A stretch of DNA of 64,000 nt from an uncultured Clostridia bacterium (lineage in GTDB: Bacteria; Bacillota; Clostridia; TANB77; CAG-508). The DNA lies in NCBI GenBank assembly GCA_944392605.1, contig CALXXE010000005.1, positions 73,525 through 137,524 of the forward strand, written 5' to 3'. Both the position numbers and the translations under genes were made by a program. Each line of letters opens with the position of its first letter. The stretch's first letter is position 1. Shown here one piece after another: positions 50,356 to 60,203 of this stretch. Under the pieces are notes generated by a model. It was not told where the DNA came from, ran no database searches, and was given only the letters and a program-made list of their open reading frames with translations.

Positions 50356-50560
50356 TTTTTACCTCCTTAATTTTACTTATATTATTTTATTAGTATAAAC
50401 AATTTGCCATATATTATAATACCATATCAGAAAAATATAAGCAATTGTTTTTAATATATTTCTAGAAATAATATACAGTTTATTAGAAAATAAAACTGTT
50501 GCAAAAACAACAAAAAACCAATATTAGAATATTGGTTTTTTGTTCATTTAATATTTAATT

Positions 50561-50911
50561 TTATAATGGTTCATGTGGGTCATCTTCAGCAATTATTTTT
50601 GCTACGTTATATATAAGTCTTTGTGTTTCTGGTGAACAACTCTTTAATAATTCTGAAAATTCTTTTGTCAAGTAATTTTCAGAATTACTTGATGCGCCAT
50701 TTAAAATATAACCTTCTGATACGTCTAATAAACGACATAATTGATTTAATCTTTTTAAATTGATATGTGAATTTCCTCTTTCTACTCTACTTAAGAAAGC
50801 AACAGAAATATCAATTTGCTCTGCTAAATCTTCTTGTGTTAAGTTTTTTGCTAGTCTTGCTTGTTTTATTCTTTGACCTATTACGTTATAATCTAAAGCC
50901 ATTTTTATCAC
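50561..50911 (-). CDS. XRE-family HTH transcriptional regulator (116 aa)
   Basis: IGQRIKQARLAKNLTQEDLAEQIDISVAFLSRVERG. Confidence 0.8.
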   Translation of the reverse strand: MIKMALDYNVIGQRIKQARLAKNLTQEDLAEQIDISVAFLSRVERGNSHINLKRLNQLCRLLDVSEGYILNGASSNSENYLTKEFSELLKSCSPETQRLIYNVAKIIAEDDPHEPL

Positions 50912-51347
50912 ACTCCTATTTTCTTATAGGCACATAATAGCATTTTATGGTTTAAATTTACAGAAACTAAAATATCTATATAGAACTTATAAGTAAAAAG
51001 AGGTGGCTTATAAATTAATTTAGTTAACGTACTAATAAAAAAGAATTAGAACGGAATTAATAAGTTATATATATTAATTTGTAGGTGTATAAAGAGATAA
51101 AGCTACTTCTGTTGCATTTTAGAACTTTTTCTAAAATTAAGTAAGAGAAAATCAAAGGAAAATGAAGAAAAAATGAGAATAAAGAAGAAAAATATGGAAA
51201 AACAGAAAAAAAGAAGTTAAGAGTTTTACTAAAATTGACAAATTGCGTTAAAAAATGTATACATAATTTGATTTTGGTAAGAATATATAGTATAATAGAA
51301 CATGGTCGCGTTAAAAAAGCTTAAAACAAAAAGGAGAGTGAATATAT

Positions 51348-52325
51348 ATTTTAAACAAAAAATTAAAATACTACACGAAAGAAATTTTTAAGTATTTTAA
51401 CATAGCTATTATAGGATTTGGTTTTATTATCGCGATTATATTAATAAAATACAAACCAATCTATAAAGTAAATATATCAGGAGAAGAGGTTGGATATATA
51501 CAAAATAAAGATGCTTTTGTTGAACAAGTTAAACAAAGTGTAGAAGAACAAGCAAATGTAGATACTGTAGATTTAATAGAAACTCCTGAATATGAGTTAA
51601 AATTTGTAGAGAGGAACTTAGAGACAAACGAAGAAGAGGTTGCAAGCAAATTAGAAGAAAATCTAGTTGTTACTTATAAATATTATGAAATAGCACTTAA
51701 TGATGAAGAAATAGAAAAAGTAGACACTATTGATGAAGCAGAAGAACTTGTAAATCAAATTAAAGAAGATAATAATGAAGAAGATTTAAATTTAACGATT
51801 TTAGAAAAATATACTCAAAATGAGGAAGAAGTAAACACACAAGATGTAGAGGTTGCAAAAGCTGAAATTCAAACAAAAGTTACAGAAATAATAGAAGAAA
51901 AAGAAGAACAAGAAAGAATAGATGCAATGCCAGATGTAAATGGTATAAAACTTGCAACAACACCAGTTACAGGAAAAATAACTTCAAGATATGGTGTAAG
52001 TAGTAGTATAAGAAGTTCTAGACATACAGGGCTAGATATTTCAGCAACTACAGGAACAACAATAAAAGTTGTATCTGATGGAACAGTTATATTTGCTAAA
52101 TATAATGGCTCATATGGTAACTTAGTAAAAGTAGATCATGGTAATGGTGTAGAAACTTGGTATGCACATACAAGCAAAATGTATGTTAAAGTAGGGCAAG
52201 AAGTAAAAGCTGGAGATGTGATTGCAGCAGTTGGTTCTACTGGAAATTCAACAGGACCACATTTACATTTTGAAATTAGAATAAATGGAGAACATGTAAA
52301 TCCACAGTTATATTTATATAATTAA
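51348..52325 (+). CDS. Membrane-anchored M23 (LytM-type) metallopeptidase; non-canonical start (ATT 51348 or ATA 51342)
   Basis: The frame is open from 51342 with no in-frame ATG/GTG/TTG until 51927; AAGGAGAG SD at 51331-51338; TM IAIIGFGFIIAIILI; HTGLDI and GPHLHFEI motifs. Confidence 0.6.
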   Translation: MLNKKLKYYTKEIFKYFNIAIIGFGFIIAIILIKYKPIYKVNISGEEVGYIQNKDAFVEQVKQSVEEQANVDTVDLIETPEYELKFVERNLETNEEEVASKLEENLVVTYKYYEIALNDEEIEKVDTIDEAEELVNQIKEDNNEEDLNLTILEKYTQNEEEVNTQDVEVAKAEIQTKVTEIIEEKEEQERIDAMPDVNGIKLATTPVTGKITSRYGVSSSIRSSRHTGLDISATTGTTIKVVSDGTVIFAKYNGSYGNLVKVDHGNGVETWYAHTSKMYVKVGQEVKAGDVIAAVGSTGNSTGPHLHFEIRINGEHVNPQLYLYN

Positions 52326-52328
52326 TGA

Positions 52329-52352
52329 AAAACCACCGGAATCGGTGGTTTT
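52329..52352. terminator. Bidirectional terminator
   Basis: AAAACCACCG-GAAT-CGGTGGTTTT. Confidence 0.75.
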
Positions 52353-52354
52353 AG

Positions 52355-53005
52355 TTATGTGTTTTCAACAATTTTTCTAGCTTCTTCAAAACCTTCTACT
52401 TTTGTTAAATCTACACTTTCAAAATCTATGTATATTTTATTTTTATAACAATAGACTTCTATAGGAATTTTTTCTACTCTTTTTGTTGGATAAGTTTCTA
52501 ATAATACTTGTAATATCCTATATGAAATACTATTTCCATCAAATTTATATATATTTTTAAGACTTCCATTATATAAGATAGTAATATAAAACAGTTTGTA
52601 AGTATTTCTATCATTACCTAAGATATCAATTTTAGAGAAGTTACCACTTTTAATTACTTTTACAATGTCAAAAATATTAACGCCTGTACGCATAGAATAG
52701 CTGTGACGACTAAATCCTGTATCTACAATATATGCCTGCTCTTTTTTTCCAATATCTTTTAATTGCTTGTATTCTGTATTGTTCTTAGGAAACAAGTAAA
52801 TAGTTAATGCAAGTATTCCAAAAATACTGCTATATGCAAATGCAAATATAAACCAAAGGAAAGGTTCGGTTATATTTAGTATTGATATAATAATTACACC
52901 AATTAACCAAATTGTTAATATTGCTTTTTTTAAGGTTTTGTTTGTAAAAATGTCCTTTGTTTGTAATTCTTGTAATTTATATTTTTCTTCCATAACGTTC
53001 TCCAA
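52355..53005 (-). CDS. Hypothetical membrane protein (two TM plus a soluble domain)
   Basis: 216-aa ORF; TM helices ILTIWLIGVIIISIL and FIFAFAYSSIFGILALTIYLF. Confidence 0.55.
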   Translation of the reverse strand: MENVMEEKYKLQELQTKDIFTNKTLKKAILTIWLIGVIIISILNITEPFLWFIFAFAYSSIFGILALTIYLFPKNNTEYKQLKDIGKKEQAYIVDTGFSRHSYSMRTGVNIFDIVKVIKSGNFSKIDILGNDRNTYKLFYITILYNGSLKNIYKFDGNSISYRILQVLLETYPTKRVEKIPIEVYCYKNKIYIDFESVDLTKVEGFEEARKIVENT

Positions 53006-53255
53006 AATATTAATATATTAAAATTATACTAAAACGAAATTATTTAATCAATTATTAGGATAAAAATCTTCATATTTTTAAATAAAAAATTAATTTTATG
53101 ATGTATTTTTTCTATTTTAATGATATAATTAAAAAGAATTTTAGAAGGGATCAATTTTCTATCTATAGAATTATATATATAGAAGATTTTAAGAAAAAGT
53201 ATTATAAGGATAAAATTGGTTAAAATAAGCAAAAGAAAAAGGAGGAAATATCTTT

Positions 53256-55857
53256 ATGGAAGAAGAAACTAAAGTGAAGGAAATGATAGACAGTTTAGTT
53301 GAAAGGGCAAAAAAAGCATCAGAAGAATATCTAAAACTTGACCAAGAAACAGTAGACAACATTACAAAGGCAATGTCAATGGCGGGACTAGAACATCATA
53401 TGGAACTTGCAAAAATGGCAGTGGAAGAGACAGGAAGAGGAATTTATGAAGATAAAATTACGAAGAACATGTTTGCAACAGAATATGTGTATCACAGTAT
53501 AAAATATGAAAAAACCGTTGGAGTAATTAATAAAAATGAAGAAGAAGGATATGTTGAAATTGCAGAACCTGTTGGAATTATAGCAGGAGTAACACCAGTA
53601 ACAAATCCAACTTCTACTACTATGTTTAAATCAATAATTTCTGCTAAAACAAGAAATGTAATTATTTTTGGTTTTCACCCATCAGCTCAAAAATGTAGTA
53701 CGCGAGCAGCTGAAATTTTAAGAGATGCAGCTGTGAAGACAGGAGCACCAGAAGATTGTATTTTATGGATTGAAGAACCAAGTATACTTGCAACTAGAAC
53801 ACTTATGAATCACCCAGATGTTAATTTAATATTAGCAACAGGTGGAACTGGAATGGTTAAATCTGCATATTCTTGTGGAAAGCCAGCATTAGGAGTAGGG
53901 CCTGGAAATGTTCCTTGTTATATTGATAAAACAGCTAAATTAAAAACTTCAGTAAATGATTTAGTAATGTCAAAAGCATTTGATAATGGAATGATATGTG
54001 CATCAGAACAAGCTGTTTTGGTTGATAAAGATATTTATCAAGAGTTTGAAAAATTGATGAGAGAAGCCCGGATGTTATTTTGTGAATCCAGAAGAAAAAC
54101 AAAAATTACAAGAAAGTATGTTTGAGTATAGAGATGATATAGGATATAAATTAAAATCTCATGTACCTGGACAATCACCATATAAAATAGCAAAAGATGC
54201 AGGTTTTGAAGTTCCGGAAGATACAAAAGTATTAGTAGTATATGAAGAAGGAATAGGAAGAGAATATCCATTTTCAAAAGAAAAATTAAGCCCAGTGCTT
54301 ACTTATTATATTGTAGATAATGAAGAAGAAGGAATAGAAAAATCTGAAAAATTATTAGAATTTGGAGGACTTGGACATTCAGCAGTTATACATTCAGAAA
54401 ATAAGGAAACAATACTTAAATTTTCTAAGACAATGAAAGCAGGTAGAATCATTGTGAATTCACCTTCAACACATGGAGCAATTGGAGATATTTATAACAC
54501 AAATATGCCATCATTAACCTTAGGATGTGGTTCATTTGGTGGAAATTCAACAACTGCTAATGTTTCTTCAGTAAATCTTATTAATATAAAAAGAACGAGT
54601 AAGAGGAGGGTTAATATGCAATGGTTTAAAATACCTGAAAAAATATATTTTGAAGCAGGTTCTATTCAGTATTTAGAGAAAATGCCTGATATAGAGAGAG
54701 CTTTTATTGTGACAGATGAATCAATGGTAAAATTAGGATATGTAGATAGAATACTTTATCATTTAAGAAAAAGAGAACATTACGTACATTCAGAAATATT
54801 TGAGGATGTAGAATCAGACCCATCTTTTGATACAATAAAAAAAGGTGTAGAAGCAATGGAACGATTTAGACCTGATGTAATTATTGCATTAGGTGGTGGA
54901 AGTCCAATAGATGCAGCAAAAGGTATGTGGTTATTTTACGAACACCCAGATGCAGACCCAGAAGGTTTAAAATTAAAGTTTATGGATATTAGAAAACGTA
55001 CTTATAAATTTCCAAAACTAGGAACAAAATGTAAAATGGTGGCAATACCAACAACTTCTGGAACTGGTTCAGAAGTTACATCATTTGCAGTTATAACAGA
55101 TAAAAAGATAAATAAAAAATATCCTCTTGCTGATTATGAATTAACTCCAGATGTTGCAATAGTAGACCCAGACTTAGTAATGAGTCTTCCTAAAACTGTT
55201 ACAGCAGATACAGGAATGGATGTTCTAACACATGCAATAGAAGCGTATGTATCTAATATGGCATCAGATTATACAGATGGTTTAGCTGAAAAAGCAGTTG
55301 AGCTAGTATTTAAATATTTAAAAAGAGCTTATGATAATGGTAATGATAAAGAGGCAAGAGAGAAAATGCATAATGCAAGTACTATTGCAGGTATGGCATT
55401 TACAAATGCTTTCTTAGGAATAAATCATTCCTTAGCACATAAGCTAGGTGCAGAATTTCATATGGCACATGGTAGAATAAATGCTATACTTTTACCATAT
55501 GTAATAAGATATAACAGTAGTAAACCAACAAAATTTGTGTCATTCCCTAAATACGAATATTTTATAGCAGATGAAAAATATTATGAATTAGCAAAGAAAG
55601 TTGGACTAAAGGTAGATACAAAAGAAGAAGGAATTAATAGTTTAATAAAGAAAATAAAAGAATTAAATGAACACATGAATATTCCAAAATCTTTTAAAGA
55701 AGCAGGAATAGAGGAACAAGAATTTTTATCAAAGGTAGATATGTTAGCAGAAAGAAGCTTTGAAGACCAATGTACTACTGCAAACCCAAGAGTGCCTTTG
55801 GTATCAGAATTAAAACAAATTTTATTGGATAGCTATTATGGAAGAGAATATGAGTAA
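53256..55857 (+). pseudogene. adhE: Bifunctional aldehyde/alcohol dehydrogenase AdhE, disrupted by a 1-nt frameshift
   Basis: ALDH part (NGMICASEQ) in frame 0 to 54125; the continuation GCYFVNPEEKQKL... and the Fe-ADH part are in the next frame from 54061 on; the switch point fits the CCC run at 54067-54069. Confidence 0.8.
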
Positions 55858-56048
55858 ATAAAAATAAAAGGTAGAGATTTAAATCTCTACCTTTAAACAA
55901 AAGAATGAGTTTTCATGAAAAGCTTTTGCTGTAAAAGGTATTACACTTTACGACAAAAATAGCCTATCACACACAATCAATAGTAACACATAATATATTA
56001 TTTGTAAATACCTTACTCAAAAAAATCTCCAAATTTTGGAGACTTTTT

Positions 56049-57440
56049 TTAAAATTCACAATTTTTAGGTGTTCTAGGGAATGGTATAACATCACGAATG
56101 TTTTGCATACCAGTTAAATACATGATTGCTCTTTCAAACCCTAAACCGAATCCTGAATGTACACAACTTCCATATTTTCTTAGGTCTAAATACCAATCAT
56201 AGTTTTCAATTGGCATATCTAATTCTTTCATTCTTGTTAGTAATTTATCATAATCTTCTTCTCTTTGACTACCACCTATAATTTCACCAATACCTGGAAC
56301 TAAAAGATCAGCTGCAGCAACAGTTTTTCCATCTGGGTTTTGTTTCATATAAAAAGCTTTAATATCTTTTGGGTAGTCTTTTACAAATACAGGTTTTTTA
56401 TAAATCTTTTCACATAAATATCTTTCATGTTCGGTTTGTAGGTCAACTCCCCAAGAAACTTTATATTCAAATTCATCATTATGTTTTTCTAATTCTTTAA
56501 TAGCATCTGTATAGCTTACTCTTGCAAAATTAGAATTTATTACATGATTTAATCTATCTAGAAGACTTTTATCTATAAAATTATTAAAGAAATCCATTTC
56601 TTCAGGACAGTTATCTAAAACATATTTAAAAGTATATTTTATCATATCTTCTGCTAAGTCCATATCATCTTCAAGGTCAGCAAAACATATTTCAGGTTCT
56701 ATCATCCAGAATTCAGCAGCATGTTTTACAGTGTTAGAATTTTCAGCTCTAAATGTAGGACCAAATGTGTATATATTACAAAAGCTTTCTACAAATGTTT
56801 CTCCATTTAATTGACCACTAACAGTTAAATGAGCATGTCTTCCAAAAAAGTCTTTTGAAAAATCAACCTTTCCATCTTCTGTTTTAGGAACATTATTTAA
56901 GTCAAATGAATTAACATTAAACATTTCTCCTGCACCTTCTGCATCACTACCTGTTAAAATAGGTGTGTGAACATATACGAAGTCTTGTTCTTGAAAGAAT
57001 TTGTGTATAGCATAAGCCAAAACACTTCTTACTCTAAATACAGCATTAAAAGTATTTGTTCTTGGACGAAGGTGTGCAATTGTTCTTAAATATTCAAAGG
57101 AATGTCTCTTTTTTTGTAATGGATAAGTATTATCAGCTAAGCTTTCTATTTCTATTCCAGTTGCTTGAATTTCAAAAGGTTGTTTAGATTCAGGAGTTAA
57201 GACAAATTTACCAAATACTTTTATTGAAGAACTAAGTGTCAATTTTCTTATTTCTTCAAAATTAGATAGAGAATCATTAAAAACAACTTGAACGTTTTTG
57301 AAAAATGTACCATCATTTAACTCAATAAAACCAAATGTTTTAGAATCTCTTAATGTTTTAATCCAACCTTCTATTATTATGTTTTTATCTTTAAATTTTT
57401 CTGCTTCTTTATATAAACTTCTTACTGTAATATCTTTCAT
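56049..57440 (-). CDS. asnS: Asparagine--tRNA ligase
   Basis: 463 aa; [21 protein letters not shown] and GGSQRE class IIb motifs. Confidence 0.95.
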   Translation of the reverse strand: MKDITVRSLYKEAEKFKDKNIIIEGWIKTLRDSKTFGFIELNDGTFFKNVQVVFNDSLSNFEEIRKLTLSSSIKVFGKFVLTPESKQPFEIQATGIEIESLADNTYPLQKKRHSFEYLRTIAHLRPRTNTFNAVFRVRSVLAYAIHKFFQEQDFVYVHTPILTGSDAEGAGEMFNVNSFDLNNVPKTEDGKVDFSKDFFGRHAHLTVSGQLNGETFVESFCNIYTFGPTFRAENSNTVKHAAEFWMIEPEICFADLEDDMDLAEDMIKYTFKYVLDNCPEEMDFFNNFIDKSLLDRLNHVINSNFARVSYTDAIKELEKHNDEFEYKVSWGVDLQTEHERYLCEKIYKKPVFVKDYPKDIKAFYMKQNPDGKTVAAADLLVPGIGEIIGGSQREEDYDKLLTRMKELDMPIENYDWYLDLRKYGSCVHSGFGLGFERAIMYLTGMQNIRDVIPFPRTPKNCEF

Positions 57441-57542
57441 AAATTTCCCTCCATAGTTTCAAAACTTTACATATTATATGATATTATTGACAAAATTTCA
57501 ATATTTTATAAAAGTCTTTTGAAAAATATGTCGAAAAATGTC

Positions 57543-57571
57543 TTGAAATCAAAACTTTAGGGTGTTATCAT
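57543..57571 (+). promoter_or_regulatory. Island-2 promoter 1
   Basis: TTGAAA (57543-57548), 17-nt spacer, TGtTATCAT (57566-57571). Confidence 0.5.
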
Positions 57572-57634
57572 TTTAACATGACCTTATTTAAGGTTGATGG
57601 TAGTAATCCGTTCTCTAGTTCTAAGGAGGAGAAG

Positions 57635-57739
57635 ATGGAAGAACGGAAAAGTTCATTTGAGCAGATGCAGGAAGACTTCATCAAAAAAGGAGGTATACGT
57701 CTTAGTAGCAAAGAATGGACAAAATCTTCGAGGGCGTAG
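57635..57739 (+). CDS. 34-aa ORF with a strong SD, overlapping the next ORF by 25 nt (leader peptide, or the 5' part of a frameshifted gene)
   Basis: AAGGAGGA precedes the ATG at 57635; MEERKSSFEQMQEDFIKKGGIRLSSKEWTKSSRA; not in the ORF track. Confidence 0.4.
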   Translation: MEERKSSFEQMQEDFIKKGGIRLSSKEWTKSSRA

Positions 57740-58122
57740 ATAGGATTGTCAAAAAGCGCTGGAGTGAGAATTCTAAGGCTGTTGATGATAAACAGCACTA
57801 TGCGGAATATGATTTCCTAACCGAAATCTATCTGTCAAGAAACAAGCTTACTTTTAAGCGCATGGAGCAGTCGAGGAAGCAAAATAAGAATGGTGCAGTG
57901 GTTGCAATTGGACACCGTAACAGGTGGAACTCAGACTGCTTGGAGATTTATGTTTGCCGTGATGATGAGGGAACATATCATACCTTCTTTGTCAAAGAGG
58001 AAGAAGGTATAGAAAGAGAATCCGAAAGACCAGAAGTTGTTGGATATCTTTGCATGAAGCTTCTTTCAGGAGAACTTTCTCTGGAAGAGGTACTCACCGA
58101 GCTTTTGGGCGGTGATGAGTGA
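57715..58122 (+). CDS. Orphan 135-aa protein, unknown function (island 2)
   Basis: GC-rich ORF followed by a terminator; no SD of its own near ATG 57715. Confidence 0.6.
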   Translation: MDKIFEGVDRIVKKRWSENSKAVDDKQHYAEYDFLTEIYLSRNKLTFKRMEQSRKQNKNGAVVAIGHRNRWNSDCLEIYVCRDDEGTYHTFFVKEEEGIERESERPEVVGYLCMKLLSGELSLEEVLTELLGGDE

Positions 58123-58133
58123 AAAACTGAAAA

Positions 58134-58160
58134 GGGAGCTCTTTATTGAGCTCCTTTTAT
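58134..58160 (+). terminator. Intrinsic terminator
   Basis: GGAGCTC-TTTATT-GAGCTCC followed by TTTTAT. Confidence 0.8.
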
Positions 58161-58174
58161 AATAAACAAGACTA

Positions 58175-58203
58175 TTGAAATATAATAATAATAGTGATAA
58201 AAT
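58175..58203 (+). promoter_or_regulatory. Island-2 promoter 2
   Basis: TTGAAA (58175-58180), 17-nt spacer, TGaTAAAAT (58198-58203). Confidence 0.5.
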
Positions 58204-58269
58204 ATACGCTGCTTGACAGAACGATAGTCAGGTAGAAGCCGAAATGTAGATGAAACAAAGGAGAAGTCT

Positions 58270-58461
58270 ATGAGTAAGCAAAAGAAACAGTTTGCTGGAG
58301 ATAAATTAAGAAAGAATCTAGTAGAAGATATAGAGGGCGAAGAAAAACCGAAAAACAAGCCAATAGTTATCGTAGGGTTTGTATTGTATGTGATTTTTGC
58401 AAGTGCGGCTTTGTTAGCTTTTATATATTATGCTAGGATGTTTCAAAATTTAGACCAGTGA
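58270..58461 (+). CDS. Orphan 63-aa single-pass membrane protein (island 2)
   Basis: AAGGAG 6 nt upstream; charged N-terminus, then the TM IVIVGFVLYVIFASAALLAFIYY. Confidence 0.6.
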   Translation: MSKQKKQFAGDKLRKNLVEDIEGEEKPKNKPIVIVGFVLYVIFASAALLAFIYYARMFQNLDQ

Positions 58462-58471
58462 CTGTAAAATG

Positions 58472-58498
58472 GGGCCTAGGATTCTAGACCCTTATTTT
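58472..58498 (+). terminator. Intrinsic terminator
   Basis: GGGcCTAG-GATT-CTAGaCCC stem (one mismatch) followed by TTATTTT. Confidence 0.55.
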
Positions 58499-58552
58499 AA
58501 AATATAGAAAGAATAAAAAACATATATTTCAATATTTTGAAGTATCTAAAGT

Positions 58553-58581
58553 TTGAAAAGATAGAAAAAGTATGGTATAAT
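58553..58581 (+). promoter_or_regulatory. Island-2 promoter 3
   Basis: TTGAAA (58553-58558), 17-nt spacer, TGgTATAAT (58576-58581). Confidence 0.55.
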
Positions 58582-58638
58582 ATAGTATATGGCAATAAAG
58601 CCATGCAGAGTCTGCCGACAACTGAAAGGAGAAACACA

Positions 58639-59133
58639 ATGTGTGTGCAGACAAGTGCAGATGTTAAAAAGCAGAAGGAACAGGCTCTGATTGAGAAGTT
58701 CGGAGTCAAGATTGGCAATGACGAGTGGAGCGAGATTCAGGACTACTATTCTTACTGGTCTGCTGAAGTGAGTAGGATGAGTACTCATTATTCGGACAGA
58801 AATAGGAGGATTCCTGAGGAGTATCGAGAAAAGCTCGATAGACAAAGGATGTTCTTTGAGGCTGTAAGAAATGCACATGATTACATGTACAAGCTGCAGT
58901 CTAGAATGTCGGACTTCACAGGAGAACTTGAGGACTACTGGATTATAAATATAGCTCCGGCAAGCTACCTTGTGAGTTACGAAGGGATTTCTCTACAAGG
59001 GCGTGTGGCATCTTTCCAAGAGCTTATAGGATTTTTTGCCTTAGGTGTAGCGAGAGGATGCTGGTCAATCGAAGACGTACTTGATAGGCCGGTAAGTGAA
59101 TGCAGAGCCAGAAAGCTTCTTGCAAAGAACTAA
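58639..59133 (+). CDS. Orphan 164-aa protein, unknown function (island 2)
   Basis: The ATG at 58639 follows AAAGGAGA; the ORF-track start at 58537 lies inside the promoter. Confidence 0.6.
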   Translation: MCVQTSADVKKQKEQALIEKFGVKIGNDEWSEIQDYYSYWSAEVSRMSTHYSDRNRRIPEEYREKLDRQRMFFEAVRNAHDYMYKLQSRMSDFTGELEDYWIINIAPASYLVSYEGISLQGRVASFQELIGFFALGVARGCWSIEDVLDRPVSECRARKLLAKN

Positions 59134-59144
59134 CTGCACGTTAA

Positions 59145-59175
59145 GGGGTTACCTACATAGGTGACCCCACTTTTT
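59145..59175 (+). terminator. Intrinsic terminator
   Basis: GGGGTTACCT..AGGTGACCCC stem followed by ACTTTTT. Confidence 0.65.
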
Positions 59176-59377
59176 ACTCTGAAATAATAAATGATGTCTT
59201 TATTTTTTTATTAAGCCATGATATCATGAAGACGATAAATTAATTATCTATTTTGAGAAACATATGCAAATAATTTCTAAATATAAACGGAAAAAGAAAT
59301 AAGACTATATAAATGTCGTTTGCTTAATTGTAAAATTTTTGATAAAATAATAAAGAATGTGAAATGAGGAAAAATAT

Positions 59378-59950
59378 ATGGAAACAAATATAATAACAAT
59401 TATTCAAATTTTAGTTACAATTATAGTTGCATTTATTACAGCATTTTTAACGAATTCCAATGAAAGAAAAAAACAGACAACAGTATTTTTTAAACAAGAA
59501 GGAATTAAAGTACAGCAAGAAATTTTAAACTTTTGGTGTTCAATATTGTTTAATGATTATCAAACGTCTATCAACAAGTATATAAATGATAATACTGAAA
59601 GAATAATGAAAGAAAACAATATAAATGAGCCAAATGAAATTACGGAAACAATGGCAATTATAGTAGTACAAAAGGATAGTTATATGTATTCTTCAAAATC
59701 AACAATAAAATATATAGGAAATTATATGCAAGAAATATTTAAAGAGCGAGAAAAGCAATCATTAATGAAGCAAATGTTTTTAGTAAGTAAAATTATAGCA
59801 AATATGAAGTATGATTTTACTGGAGAAAGAACATCCGCTATGGATTTATTGAAGATAAAAATTAATGATTTAGATAGAAATAAAAAAATAAAAATATATT
59901 GGTATGAAATAAAATACTTTTTTATTACGAATTATATTAGGTTTAACTAA
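59378..59950 (+). CDS. Hypothetical protein with an N-terminal TM anchor (190 aa)
   Basis: GAGGAAA SD; IITIIQILVTIIVAFITAFL TM; the rest is helical; no family recognised. Confidence 0.55.
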   Translation: METNIITIIQILVTIIVAFITAFLTNSNERKKQTTVFFKQEGIKVQQEILNFWCSILFNDYQTSINKYINDNTERIMKENNINEPNEITETMAIIVVQKDSYMYSSKSTIKYIGNYMQEIFKEREKQSLMKQMFLVSKIIANMKYDFTGERTSAMDLLKIKINDLDRNKKIKIYWYEIKYFFITNYIRFN

Positions 59951-60044
59951 ATGATAAAAAATAATTATGACGAAGGTTACAAGCTAAATTTGTACCTTCT
60001 ATTTTTATATTCACAGAAATTAAAAAAAGTGAGAGTGATATTTA

Positions 60045-60203
60045 TTGAAAAGTAAAAAAATAAAGATATCTGTATTTATATCTAATAATAGGAATATAAA
60101 AAAATCTCAGCAAGAACCAAAACGAATTTTCGCAAAGATATTGAAACATTTTAAAATATATGATATAAAAAACAATAACAAATCAGTAAAGAATGGAGAA
60201 TGA
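60045..60203 (+). CDS. Possible 52-aa lysine-rich ORF coupled to the RhuM-family gene
   Basis: TTG start; its TGA stop overlaps the ATG at 60200 (ATGA); weak SD. Confidence 0.25.
   Translation: MKSKKIKISVFISNNRNIKKSQQEPKRIFAKILKHFKIYDIKNNNKSVKNGE

Noticed and set aside
51927-52325. ATG 51927 as the start of the M23 peptidase (ORF-track call)
   Set aside because: It has no SD. The same frame stays open for about 195 upstream codons that encode a TM anchor and are preceded by a strong SD.
53044-53232. 62-aa minus-strand ORF in the region upstream of adhE
   Set aside because: The sequence is extremely AT-rich intergenic DNA, the translation is Ile/Lys/Phe-rich, and there is no SD. It is more likely the adhE promoter/leader region.
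53006-53255. Rex-type operator (TTGTTAA-N-TTAACAA-like) upstream of adhE, and likewise upstream of pflB at 50356-50560
   Set aside because: I found no convincing match to the palindrome by eye, so I make no claim.
54082-55857. An independent Fe-alcohol dehydrogenase gene starting at GTG 54082
   Set aside because: AdhE-like sequence continues upstream of 54082 in that frame (GCYF) and joins the ALDH half if one C is removed. A frameshifted adhE is the simpler reading.
57441-57634. T-box or other riboswitch leader upstream of asnS
   Set aside because: The minus-strand leader is short and AT-rich. I could see no T-box consensus or specifier-loop/antiterminator architecture.
57684-57690. A AAA AAG-like slippery run inside the 34-codon ORF as a programmed -1 frameshift site
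   Set aside because: The zero-frame phasing is ATC AAA AAA GGA, which is not X XXY YYZ. The -1 frame also hits TAG at 57706-57708 before reaching the 135-aa ORF.
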